Position numbers and translations under genes: made by a program. From the human T2T-CHM13v2.0 reference genome, Homo sapiens, in assembly GCF_009914755.1 (NCBI RefSeq), contig NC_060926.1: 64,000 nucleotides of DNA; one strand, given 5' to 3'. The notes under the pieces are model-generated. The model ran no database searches. It was not told the origin of the DNA and was given only the letters and a program-made list of their open reading frames with translations. Of this stretch, positions 43,541 to 61,870 are shown in pieces. How positions within the stretch are numbered: the first letter of the stretch is position 1; every line of letters starts with the position of its first letter.

Positions 43541-46157
43541 TTTCAAGATTTTTGAAATCTCTCTCATGCAAAGAGAACTACCAAAGTGTACTTTAAAAAA
43601 GTTTTGGTATTTGTCTTGGGGTTAAGTCACAAATTGCTTAAAACACATTTTTAGATTAATCTGCTTTTCTAAAACTTACTGTTCTTTGCTAAATGAAGTT
43701 TAGATGGAATAGCCACATTTTCTCAGAGCCTCAGATTTCTTAGGAATTTTTAAAAAATATTTCAACCAGCATTTATAAATAGGTGCCTATCATTTCAGAT
43801 TTTCTTTGTGACTATTCTGCTCCATTGGACAAGGTTTCCAAGTTCAGTTATTAATACCATGAGAAAGCAAAATACTTTGCTTTTACCTTTTAATTGCAGC
43901 AAGAAAATGTTTTCTGTGTGGTTAAAAGTTATTAAGACATATATTTTGCTGCAATTAAAAACAAAAACAAAAAGGAAAGTACTGTGCTTCAGGCTTTTTA
44001 TTCCCTACCCCCACCTCCTGTTCAGGAAAATTATAGCCAGCTTCAAATCAGTGCCCCACATTGGTAGATTAATCCTATTGCTAGAAACTCAGCCTGTGTC
44101 ACAAGTTGTCTGTGGTATTAAACAGCAGCTGTTGGATTCCCTGTCAAAGAACAGCTGAAAATAACACTAAAGTTTAGGTCAGAAGTCAGATGCAAACATA
44201 TCAGAGTTACTAACTCCAAAGCTGCTGGAAGCATTGGAAATCTCTGGGACAAAGCCACAACAGAGAATATAGCAAAAAACAGTTTTAATGAATCCACTTG
44301 CTCTGTAAACCTTTTAGCCCAATTTAATAGTAGGTTCAGGTTCAGGGCCAATGTTTAGAAGACTGAGTCAGCTCCATTGCTTTGTTTTGCTAAGGTTCAT
44401 GATCATATTCTTGATTCAAAGGGGAAAAGTACTTTTACACATACTTCAGTGTTCAATTATTTTTGTTTCCAAGAGCATGTCATGGCTGCTCTGCAGCTGT
44501 GTAGCCACCACCCATGTCCTCTGCGCTCAGCATCTGCCTGCTGCCCCAGTGAGATGGAAACCATACCTAGATCCTAGTCCCTATGCAACACGAACTTCAC
44601 CTGACCCCATGAAGGCAACAATTGGAGCGAGCTCAGGAAAGCAGATGCCGAGCAAGCTATGATGTAGCAACTATTGCAAATGGTTTCATTTTATGGCAGG
44701 GCTGGAGAGCTTGCAAAGAGGTAACTGACCTGGAAGGTTGCAGGCAGGCTCCTTCTTTCACTTGCATCTGTGTGAAGAGACCACCAAACAGGCTTTGTGT
44801 GAGCAATAAAGCTGTTTATTTCACCTGGGTGCAGGTGGGCTGAGTCTGAGAAGAGAGTCAGCGAAAGGAGATAGGGGTGGGGCCGTTTTATGGGATTTGG
44901 GTAAGTAAAGGAAAAAGGGGGGTTGTTCTCTGGCAGGCAGGAGTGGGGGGGTCACAAGGTGCTCAGTAGGGGAGCTTTTGAGCCAGGATGAGCCAGGAGA
45001 AGGAATTTCACAAGATAATGCCATCAGTTAAGGCAGGAACAGGCTATTTTCATTTCTTTTGTGGTGGAATGTCATCAGTTAAGGCAGGAACTGGCCATCT
45101 GGATGTGTACACAGGTCACAGGGGATATGATGGCTTAGCTTGGGCTCAGAGGCCTGACATTCCTTTCTTATATTAATAAGAAAAATAAAACGAAATAGTG
45201 GTAAAGTGTTGGGACGGCGAAAATTTTGGGGGATGGTATGGAGAGATGATGGGGGATGTTTCTCAGGGCTGCTTCGAGCGGGATTAGGGGCGTCATGAGA
45301 ACTTAGAGTGGGAGGGATTAAGCTGAAGGAAGACTTTGTGGTAAGGGGTGACATTATGGGACTGTTAGAAGAAACATTTGTCATTTAGAATTATTGGTGA
45401 TGGCCTGGATACAGTTTTATATGAATTGAGAAACTAATTGGAATAAGAGAGGGAGAAAAACAGGTATTAAAGGTCTAAGAATTGGGAGGACCTAGGACAT
45501 CTGATTAGAGAGTGCCTAAGGAGATTCAGCATAGTCCTGCCGGCAAAGATTATTTATTTACTTCAAGAGTTAAGAGTGGCAGTTTGGGGATAGCACCAGG
45601 AGATATCAGCTGTGATGGCTTGGAGAAACAATGTAAACCAGCAGTGTAAACAAGAGCAGAGCATGTATAAGTAGTTGAGAATGGTGAATAGGAGTATGAC
45701 TAGACAGAAGATAGTAGGGATGACAAGATTTTGGGGGCAAAATCTAAGTTGGTCTGGTGTCTGGAATGAGACTGGGGCTAAATAAAAAGGAGCGTCCATA
45801 CAGGAGCTCAAATGGGCTGTACCTTGTAGCATTCCGAGGACAGGCCTGAATTCTGAGAAAAGAAAGAGGTAAAAGTATTGTCCAGTCCTTTTTAAGTTGG
45901 TGGCTGAGCTTGGTGAAGTGTGTTTTTAAAAGACCATTAGTCCGTTCTACTTTTCCTGAAGACTGAGGACAGTAAGGGATATAAAAGTTTCACTGAATAC
46001 CAAGAGCCTGAAAAACTGCTTGGCTGATTTGACTGATAAAGGCCAGTCTACTATCGGACTGCGTAGAGGTGGGAAGGCCAAACCGAGTAATTGTGTCTGA
46101 CAGAAGGGAAGAAATGACCGTGGTGGCCTTCTTAGACCCTGTGGGAAAGGTATCTTC

Positions 46158-48012
46158 CTATCCAGTGAAAGTGTCTACATAGACCAAGAGGTATTTTAGT
46201 TTCCTGACTTGGGGCATGTTAAGTAAAGCTAATTTGCCAGTCCTGGGTGGGGGCAAATCTCTGAGCTTGATGTTTAGGGAAGGGAAGGGGCCTGAATAAT
46301 CCGAGAAGTAGTAGAATAGCAGATGGAACACTGAGATGTTATTTCCTTGAGGATAGATTTCCACGATGGAAAGGAAATGAGAGGTTCTAAGAGGCGGACT
46401 AGTGGCTTGTAATATAGGATAGCCTGCCTTTGCTGGTGTGTGGTGATTAGGCCTGGTGGAACTGCCATCAATAAACCAAGTGCGATCAGGGTGAGAAACA
46501 GGGAAGAAGGAAATGAGGGGAAATGGGGTGAACATCAGGTGGATCAGAGAGATTCAGTCATGAAGGTCAGGTGTGGTATCAGGAATAATGTGGGAGGCTG
46601 GATTGAAGTCCGGGCCATGAACAATGGTAATTGTGGGAGACTCAACAAAGAGTGAGTACAACTGAAGGAGCCGGGGAGCAGAAAGTATATGCATCAGGTG
46701 TGAGGAAGAAAATAGATTTTGGAAATTATGAGAGCTGTAGAGAGTGAGTTGAGCATAGTTTGTGATTATAAGGACCTCTAAAAGTATTAGGGTGGCAGCA
46801 GCTGCTGCACGGAGACATGATGGCCATCCTAAAACAGTAAGGTCAAGTTGTTTGGACAAAAAGCCTACAGGATGCGATCCCAGTCCTTGTGTAAGAATTC
46901 CAACTGCACAGCCCTGCACTTCTGCTGTGTGTAATGAAAAGGGTTGGGATGAGTCAGCAAGAGCTAGGGTGGGGGCAGTCTCTAAAGCTGTCTTCAAGGA
47001 ATGGAAAGAGGAGTGGAGAAAGGATTTAGGATCTATGGGGTCAGCTAGGTTTCCTTTTGTGAGTTTATATAACGGTTTTGTTAGGATGGCAAAACCAGGT
47101 ATCCAAAGGTGAAAGTATCCAACTATGCCTAGGAAGGAAAGGAGTTGTTTTGTAGAAGGGATTGGGGTTTGGGAGATTAGCCGGACACGACCAGCAGGGA
47201 GAGCACATGTGTTTTTATGAGAATTATGCTGAGATAGGTAACAGATGAGGAAGAAATTTGGGCTTGACTGAAGTAATGGGATCTGTCTGTGCAGCTTTGC
47301 GGCAGTACAGCCCAGGTAATTTGCTGAGCTTGATGGGTGTCAGGGTCAGTCCAGGTGAAAGCAAAGAGAGGCTGGGATGAAGGGTGCAAAGGAAGAGTAA
47401 AGAAAGCATGTTTGAGATCCAGAACAGAATAATGGATTGTGGAGGGAGCTATTGAGGATAGGAGAGTATATGGGTTTGGCACCGTGGGGTGGATAGGCAA
47501 AACAATTTGGTTGATAAGGCATAGATCCCGAACTAACTTGTAAGGATCATCTGGTTTTAGGACAGGTAAAATGGAATTGTAAGGAGAGTTTATAGGTTTT
47601 AAAAGGCCATGCTGTAGCAGGCGAGTGATAACAGGCTTTAATCCTTTCAAAGCATGGTGTGGGATGGGATATTGGCATTGAGCGGGTAAGGGTGATTAGG
47701 TTTTAATGAGATGGTAAGTGGTGCATGATCGGTCACCAAGGAGGGAGTAAAGGTATCTTATACTTGTGGGTTAAGGTGGGGGGATACAAGAAGAGGACCC
47801 AAAGGAGGCTTTGGATTGGGAAGAAGGGTGGCAATGAGATGTAGCTGTAGTCCAGGAATAGTCAGGGAAGCAGATAATTTAGTTAAAGTGTCTCGGCCTA
47901 ATAAGGGAACTGGGCTGGTGGGGATAACTAAAAAGGAGTGCTTAAAAGAGTATTGTCTAAGTTGGCACCAGAGTTGGGGAGTTTCAAGAGGTTTAGGAAG
48001 CCTGGCTGTCAA
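46158..48012 (-). pseudogene. HERV-H pro/pol remnants, fragmented
   Basis: LLGRD (protease), VLDLKHAFF...WAVLPQ (RT), LSKQLD (connection), WFIDGSS (RNase H), LLVYVDTFTG (integrase) in separate frames. Confidence 0.88.
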
Positions 48013-48178
48013 TACCTACCAGTTATGGAGGCAAGGGAAACAGGCCCTTGAAAAGAAGGTAATGTGGAGTGGGTAGCCTCCGTATTAAGAAGGGGATGGA
48101 CTTACCCTCCACTGTGAGAGTTACATAAAGCCTGGCGTCCGTGATGTTCTACGGGGCTTCCGAGGAGATCGGACAGCA

Positions 48179-48508
48179 TCAGTCTTCAGCCGCTAAGCTG
48201 AGAAGATCTGGGAAGGAGTCAGTCAGAGAGCCTTGGGCCAGAGTTCCAGGGGCTCTGGGAGTGACTGCCAGGTGAGTTGAACAGTCCGATTTCCAGTGGG
48301 GTCCTTCACAGATGGGACACGGCTTAGGAGGAATCCTGGGCTGCGGGCATTCCTTGGCCTGGTGGCCAGATTTCTGGCACTTGTAGCAAGCTCCTGGGGG
48401 AGGCGGTTCTGGAGGAACCCCTGGCCACTGTGGTTTTGATGTTTGGAAGTTCTTGTGTGCTGGAGATGTGGCTGGGGTTTGTCTCGCAGTGGAGACAAGG
48501 AATTGCAA
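48179..48508 (-). pseudogene. HERV-H gag remnant (nucleocapsid, two CCHC zinc knuckles)
   Basis: CYKCQKSGHQAKEC and CPICEGPHWKSDC in the ORF track. Confidence 0.85.
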
Positions 48509-49948
48509 TTCAGAAATGTTGCTACTTGGCTGCCTCTATTATTGTACACCTTGAAGGCGAGGTTAATTAAGTCCTGTTGTGGGGTTTGAGGGCTGGAATT
48601 TAGTTTTTGGAGTTTTATTTAATGTCGGGAGCAGATTGGGTAATAAAATGTATATTGAGAATAAGACGGCCTTTTGACCTTTTAGGGTCTAGGGCTGTAA
48701 AGCGTCTCAGGGTTGCTGCCAAACGAGCCATGAACTGGGCTGGATTTTTATATTTGATGAAAAAGAGCCTAAACGCTATCTGATTTGAGATAAAGAGAAA
48801 GGAGCATTAACCTTGACTATGCCTTTAGCTCCAGCCACCTTTTTAAGAGTAAATTGCTGGGCAGGTGGGGGAGGGCTAGTCACGGAATGAAACTGTAAGC
48901 CGGACCAGGTGTGAGGAGGGGAGATGATAAAAGATTTATAGGGTGGAGGAGCGGAGGCTGAGGAAGAATTAGGACCTAGCTTGGCCTGGCGAGGAGGGGA
49001 GAGGTCAGATGGGTCTGTAGAAAAGGAAGATTAGAAAGACTCAGCGACGCTTGGGGTTGGGACTGAGGAGACTGGTGGGAGGGAAAGAAGGAAGATTTGG
49101 GGTGAGTTGCATTGGGAACAGAGACTAGGGGGAGGGACCGATGTGTAAAAGAATGCCTGGGCGTTAGGCACCTCAGACCATTTGCCTATTTTACGACAAG
49201 AATTATTTAGATCTTGTAGGATGGAAAAATTGAAAGTGCTGTTTTCTGGCTATTTGGAACTACTGTCGAGTTTGTATTGGGGTCAAGCGGCATTGCAGAA
49301 GAAAATAAGACACTTAGATTTTAGGTCAGGTGAGAGTTGAAGAGGTTTTAAGTTCTTAAAAACACAGGCTAAGGGAGAAGAAGGAGGAATGGAAGGTGGA
49401 AGCTTGCCCATAGTGAAGGAGGCAAGCCCAGAGAAAAGAGTAGAGACACGGAGAAGGGGTGGGGGGTTCTTGCCTTCCAGAAAAGCAGAGAAGGGGTTGG
49501 GGTGTGGAAATAAGGGGTTGGGGCACAGAGATAAAAAGGCGGGGCATAGAAATAAGGGATGGGGCACAGAGATAAGAGGTCGGGGCGCAGAGATAAGAGG
49601 TCAGTGTTCCTACCCCTCCTCCAGAAAAGCGGGACTTGTTGCTAAGGGTTGAAGGACTAAGGCAGGCGTCCTTGTGTGGTCTGACACCTCTGAAACCTGG
49701 GTGAATAATCAGAGAGGCGGCATCCCTGCAATGATTAAACACCAAGGGAAGGCTGCCTTCCCTAGTCCATGACCGGCGCCAGAGTTTTGGGTCGGTCCAC
49801 AGATAAAACGTGTCTCCTTTGTCCCTACCAGAAAATGAAAGGAATTGAAATTAAGAGAAGGGACAGATTGAAGCGTGGCACGAAGATTGAAAGGAGAAAG
49901 AGGTTGAGGGATAGAGAGAGAGGTTGGAGAAGAGAGTGAAAAGAGGCC

Positions 49949-49957
49949 GCTTACCGG
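49949..49957 (-). promoter_or_regulatory. HERV-H leader major splice donor CCG|GTAAGC
   Basis: Strong donor about 145 nt downstream of the 5' LTR, where HERV-H elements are known to splice. Confidence 0.85.
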
Positions 49958-50080
49958 ATTTAAAATTGGTGAGATGTTCCTTGGGCTGGTTGGTCTGAGG
50001 ACCAGAGGTCGTAGATGGATCTTTCTCACGGAGCAAAGAGCAGGAGGACAGGGGATTGATCTCCCAAAGGAGGTCCCCCT

Positions 50081-50098
50081 ATCCGAGTCATGGCACCA
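50081..50098 (-). other. HERV-H primer-binding site (tRNA-His), one mismatch
   Basis: TGGTGCCATGACTCGGAT against canonical TGGTGCCGTGACTCGGAT. Confidence 0.92.
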
Positions 50099-50708
50099 AA
50101 TTTCACTTGCATCCGTGTGAAGAGACCACCAAACAGGCTTTGTGTGAGCAATAAAGCTGTTTATTTCACCTGGGTGCAGGTGGGCTGAGTCCGAAAAGAG
50201 TCAATGAAGGGAGATGGGGTGGGGCCGTTTTATAGGATTTGGGTAGGTAAAGGAAAAAGGGGGGGTTCTCTGGCAGGCAGGAGTGGGGGTCACAAGGTGC
50301 TCAGTAGGGGAGCTTTTGAGTCAGGATGAGCCAGGAGAAGGAATTTCACAAGATGATGCCATCAGTTAAGGCAGGAACAGGCTATTTTCTTTTGTGGTGG
50401 AATGTCATTAGTTAAGGCAGGAACTGGCCATCTGGATATGTATGTGCAGGTCACAGGGGATGTGATAGCTTAGCTTAGGCTCAGAGGCCTGACACCTTCC
50501 ACTTGAGCAAATAGTTGGTCCAAACAAACCAAAACGAACTGATCACAACTAGTTTTTAGCTAATTGTCCTCAAGAAAGGCAAGAGTTGACACTTGCGTCT
50601 CAGAATATCTATACTGTAAACTAAAATGCCCAAGGAGCATAGCTTGTCATAGTGTACTTTGCCAACTGGAATGGCAAATAGTGACTTGCACTCAAAATAC
50701 TCAGTGCA

Positions 50709-51712
50709 GGCCAGGCATGGTGGCTCACACCTGTAATTTCAGCGCTTTGGGAGGCCAGGCAGGAAGATTCCTTGAGCCAGGAGTCCAGAAAATTTAAAAA
50801 TCAACCAGGTGTGATGACATGCCCCTTTAGTCCCAGCTACTTGGGAGGCTGAGGCAGGACAATCCCTTTGTTACCAGAAGGAAGGCCAAGTGTGAGTTGT
50901 CCAGGTCCTTGGCATTTTGAACAAAGAATTGAACAAAACGCACAAAGTAACAAAGGAATGAAACACAGGAACGAAGCAGCAAAAGCAGGGATTAAAGCAA
51001 GAAAGCATTCCACAGTGTGGGAGTGGGCCCACCCTGAATAAGGACCCAGTGACAACGTTTTCTGGGTTTTAAGTACTCCTTTTGAGGTCCCTAGCGGCTG
51101 CCCCTTATCTGAATGAAGGATTTTGTCTGTGGCTAGTTAAGGGCTGATGTGAATTGGCGCCCTATGAAGATGAAGTGATGGCCCACACTTGGCCCAAATC
51201 CAAGGCACTCTCCCTTTCCATCTGAGCCCTGGGGAAGGGGGAGGGTTGCAGGGAGAGTAGCCTTTGATCCTTTGCTACTTGGTGTGAGGAGATGGGGTCT
51301 TTCCTTTTGGTTTAGCTTTTGGAAGTTGGTGTTGATTGGCCTTAGGCTCCCTGCCCCCAGGCCCAGGTGTTTTCGTTTTGATCCAGCTTTGGACAGTCAG
51401 CATGAATTGGCCTTAGATTCCCTATCCCCAGACCTTTGTGTTCTTCCTTGATTTAGCTTTAGGAAATCAGCACAAATTGGCCTCAGATTCCCTGCCCCCA
51501 GACCTTGATGTTTTTCCTTGGTACAGCTTTAGGAAGTCAGCACGAATTGGCCTTAAGTGCCCTGCCTCCAGATCCTATTCTCCTACCTCACCTTGAGCCC
51601 AGAAGTTGGAGGCTGCAGTGAGCTATGATAGCATTACTGTACTCCAGCCTGTATGACACAGTGAGGCCTGTCTCAAAAAAAAAAAAAAAAAACAAAACAA
51701 AACAAAAAAAAC
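50709..51712 (+). mobile_element. AluJ split by an LTR insertion (50709-50868 and 51591-51712)
   Basis: The Alu right arm resumes CCTTGAGCCCAG after the LTR; degenerate flanking duplication ACTCA[G/A]TGCA. Confidence 0.88.
50869..51590 (-). mobile_element. MER4-group (ERV1) solo LTR, MER51/MER83-like
   Basis: Minus strand TGAGGTAGGAGAATAGG...GGTAACA (TG...CA ends); 4-bp TSD CCTT at 50865-50868 and 51591-51594. Confidence 0.85.
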
Positions 51713-53052
51713 AACTCAATGCACTTTCACCTAAAATTAATGCTATTTCTAGAAACTCAGTGTGTGTCCCAAGTTGCATAAAGGCCATCAGGTGGGAAAG
51801 GGTTTTGGCAGCAGGCTGCAAAGACCACAGGCTAAGAATGGCTCTGTCCACAAAGCCCTAGTTAAGATGGATGATTGTGTAAGGGGCGTGGAAGGTAGCA
51901 TGGAATGTCTGGAATTGCAGGCCCAGGCAGAGGGAAAAGGAAAAGGGAGATGAAGAGGAGAGAACACATGGCTGGAAGTCTGGTTAATTCCAAGGCTTAA
52001 GGGCAAAGGGAATTAGAAAAATATAATACTTTGTTAAAAGATTAACCCAGCTATTCAGCAACAAAAGTAGTGCCTTTCTCTGTGTGTGAGTATGACCTTT
52101 CTTTCTGTTAATTAGATGGAGCAGGTCCAGGCTGTTGCACAAAAGAAGTGTTTTCTATGTTTGCAATAATGCAAACTGTGTACATGAATTTAACTGGCTT
52201 CTGTTTTATTTTAAATTTAAACTCTTGACTTTAAAATCTTCAAAGGACTTGAATCATGTTTTTCTCCTCTGTTCTTGCTTTCTGTTCCTCTTTTCTTTCC
52301 TCCTAAACTTTTTAGTCCTTCCCTCTACAGAAGCCCTGTGGCTCAGACCTCTCCATCCACATCTAGCTTATTTAGAACTTTGGCCTTGTTGTCTTCATCT
52401 AGAATAATATTTAATTATAAGTTGCACCATTAACTCATATAAACAGCTTGAAGAATAGTTAGCGTGGAATATATTGTACTAATGATATTGGTACACTATA
52501 CTTAGCTGGATTTTTTAATGTTAAAGAACTGAAAGCTTCTTGAGTTACAGTTTATTTACACTCTGCCTCCCCTATTATCACCAAAAAAAAACCCAAAACA
52601 AAGCAAAACAAAAACCTTCCAGGCATTCTCATACCTTTGAAATTTATAGAGGATCTTGCAGAGGCTATTATGCCTTCTCTGTTTATCCCTCTGGGAAATG
52701 CCTTTTTTAATACCAACTGAGTTTTAGTGAAATAGCCTCCATGGGGAATCATAAAGCTATAACTGGATTCTGTAGAGTCACAAATAGCACATTTTTAATG
52801 AAATAGTAGACTGAAAACTTTTTCATGTGATTATTTTTAACTCCATCAATGGTGACGCCATTAAAATAACACATTTTCTTTGCTGGAGTATATGTGGGGT
52901 CTGCTCATTTTTATGTAAGATCTTAGGTGTTTGTCTTCATCAATAGTATTATCGGTTAAACTATATTCAACTTTATAAAGACAAATTAGATAGACCTTGT
53001 ATAGATAACCCAGAATTAGTCTATTTGTCCAAATTAAAAATTCAAGGCAAAT

Positions 53053-53338
53053 TATCATAAGTGAAGCAAGTCAGACACAGAAAGCCACTTATACGCAGGA
53101 GCTAAATAATATGTACACATGGACATAGGGAGTGGAATGATAGACAACGAAAATTTGTATAGGTGAGGGGGGTGGGAGTGGGTAGATGATGAGAGATTAC
53201 TTAACGGGTACAATGTATTTTATTTGGGTGATGGATATCCTAAAAGCCCTGACATTACCATTACACAATGTATGCATTTAAAAAAATTACACTTGTACCC
53301 CATAAATTTATACACATAAAAAGAAAATAATTTTTTTT
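53053..53338 (+). mobile_element. Short L1MA 3' end
   Basis: L1MA 3'UTR; perfect 14-bp TSD AATTCAAGGCAAAT at 53039-53052 and 53339-53352. Confidence 0.85.
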
Positions 53339-53811
53339 AATTCAAGGCAAATCTTTCTCTGCTGTTATCACTAATTTAGTAATAATGGCTACTAATTAGT
53401 GACTGCTTAATACAGGCCAGGAACTGGGATAAGTGCTTTACACTCTTTATCCCATTTAATCTACATAATACAGCTGGAAAAAAATATTTCTTTAATTTTA
53501 TAAAGGATACACACATACATGCACACACATATTCACACACAGTGATTCACTAATTCCAGTCACCTCTGGTTCAACTTCTTCTGCCTAGGTTTCAAACCTA
53601 TCTATGGCTGGCCTCTCCCTATCTGCCCAGTCATGTATACCATTATTCCCAGACCCCAAAGGTCATTCTTGTTCTCCACCTTAATTCAGTTGTTCTATCC
53701 AGGAATATCATTCCCCTCTTCCCTTCATCTATCCAAATTCCTCCCATCTTTTGAGGCCAAGATGAAGTATCAACTTTTTTAAAAATTTGAAATATCTACC
53801 TATATTCTTCC

Positions 53812-54366
53812 TGTCAAGCACATCCGTGTGAAGAGACCACCAAACAGGCTTTGTGTGAGCAATAAAGCTTTTTAATCACCTGGGTGCAGGTGGACTGAGT
53901 CCAAAAAGAGAGTCAGCAAAGAGTGGTGGGATTATCATTAGTTCTTATAGGTTTGGGATAGGTGGTGGAGTTAGGAGCAATTTTTTGCAGGCAGGTGGTG
54001 GATCTTACAAAGTACATTCTCAAGGGTGGGGTGAATATTACAAAGTACCTTCTCAAGGGTGGGGTGAATATTACAAAGTACCTTCTCAAGGGTGGGGAGG
54101 GTGGACCATACCAAGTACATTCACGGGAGGTCAGGGGAATATCACAAACTACATTATCCCAAGGGCGGGGAGGGTGTATTGTCACAAAGTCAATTGATCA
54201 GTTAGGATGGGGCAGGAACAAATCACAATGGTGGAATGTCATCAGTTAAGGTGGGAACTGGCTATTTTCACTTCTTTTCTGGATGTTCAGTTGCTTCAGG
54301 CCACCTGGATATATACCTGCAGGTCACAGGGGTATGATGGCTTAGCTCGGGCTCAGAGGCCTGACA
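53812..54366 (-). mobile_element. Solo HERV-H LTR (LTR7C-like) with internal 33-bp tandem repeats
   Basis: TGTCAGGCCTCTGAGCCC...TGACA on the minus strand; no internal sequence; near-TSD CTTCC (53807-53811) / CTTCT (54367-54371). Confidence 0.88.
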
Positions 54367-54377
54367 CTTCTTTCTTT

Positions 54378-60530
<6,153 letters not shown>

Positions 60531-60590
60531 CCTGACACTTCTTTCTTTAAAGCATAATTGTAATTCAAAATTTAATAATTAAATGCTTGT

Positions 60591-61001
60591 TGATATAGTT
60601 TGGATGTTTGTCCTCACCCACATCTCATATTGAAAGGTAATCCCCATTGTTGGAAGTGGAACCTTGTGGGAGGTGATTGGATCATAGGGGTGGCTTTCTT
60701 ATGAATGGTTTAGCATCATCCATCTTGGTACGGTCCTCATGATAGTGAGTTCTTGCAAGATCTGCTCATTTAAAAGTTTGTGGCCCCTCCTCCCTTGCTC
60801 TCCTCCTCCTGCTTTTCCCATGTGACCTGCCTGCACCCCCTGCCTTCTGCCATCATTGGAAGCTTCCTGAGGCCTCCCAGAAGCAGATGCTGCTATGCTT
60901 CCTGTACAGCCTTCAAAACCATGAGTGAATTAAACCTCTTTTCTCATGAACTACTCAGTCTCAGGTATTTCTTTATAGCAATGTGAGAATGACTTAATAT
61001 A
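60591..61001 (+). mobile_element. MSTA-like solo LTR (MaLR)
   Basis: TGATATAGTTTGGATG...CTTAATATA; 5-bp TSD CTTGT at 60586-60590 and 61002-61006. Confidence 0.88.
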
Positions 61002-61304
61002 CTTGTATTATAAGCTTATATCATTTTCTCATTATTTTACTTTCATTATTATTATTTCTCAACTCTATTTTAAGCTCCTTCTGGAAAGGAGCCATGTCCT
61101 AACATTTTTTGGACCTTTGCAGATAACCTCATAGAGTTACCATAGAGATTAAGAGTTGCTTTACATAAAGTGCTTGGAAGAAGACTTGGCATTTGTTAAG
61201 TCCATATGTGGAACATGGTGCTAGGCATGGAATTGGTGCTTATAAACATTGGCCGACTGAATCACATGAGTCATATAGTAAAAGGATACAACTAATTAAT
61301 ATAA

Positions 61305-61480
61305 CTCATTCATTCAGTATTTATTCATGAAGCCAACAGTTACTGAGCATTTGCTACATACCAGACACTTTGCATTCGTAATATAGCAGTGAGTAAAATG
61401 AAAAAATTCCTACCCTCAAGAAGCTGACATTTCAGTAAGAAAAGATAGACCATAAACAGTGAAATAAATAACCAAAATAA
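61305..61480 (-). mobile_element. L2 3' fragment
   Basis: CATTCATTCAG...TACTGAGCATTTGCTACATACCAGACACT...CCCTCAAGAAGCTGACAT. Confidence 0.65.
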
Positions 61481-61689
61481 AAACACGCTGTCATAAAAGT
61501 TAAGAGAAAAACAACTGGTAGTGGTTTAAGTAGACTGAATCACAAAAGGTTACATTTAGAATTTGCCAGGGAAATCAGGGAATTCTATTAAAATATTTCT
61601 ATTGGAATACAGAAATTAATGGGAATAATAAACGAATAGTGATTGCAACAACAATAAAAAGCAAACAAATTGCACAATATGACAAAGTT

Positions 61690-61870
61690 GATGGACTCTG
61701 AAGTCAGACTGCCTTAATCTCTCCATGTTTCAGTTTCCTCATTATAAACTGGGGATAATGGGAATGCCTACACCATATAATAAGTTGGGAAGATTAAATG
61801 AAATAGTACTTAAAAACACTAAAGATAATGCCTGGCACATAGATGATGGTCTGATAGGTATATATTATTC
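61690..61870 (+). mobile_element. MIR
   Basis: GGACTCTGAAGTCAGACTGCC...CAGTTTCCTCATTATAAACTGGGGATAAT...GCCTGGCACATAG. Confidence 0.75.

Larger units (their letters stand above)
44756..50494 (-). mobile_element. HERV-H provirus (5739 bp, internally deleted type) with LTR7 ends: 5' LTR 50101-50494, 3' LTR 44756-45159
   Basis: LTRs TGTCAGGCCTCTGAGCC...TGAAA; tRNA-His PBS; purine tract next to the 3' LTR; gag, pro and pol remnants; perfect 5-bp TSD CCTTC at 44751-44755 and 50495-50499. Confidence 0.97.

Noticed and set aside
49490-49600. GGGGCACAGAGATAAG-like tandem repeats resembling an array
   Set aside because: Ordinary HERV-H leader repeats with no unique spacers; not CRISPR.
45160-50100. 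Possible coding-competent ERV or env gene
   Set aside because: gag and pol are fragmented and env is largely deleted.
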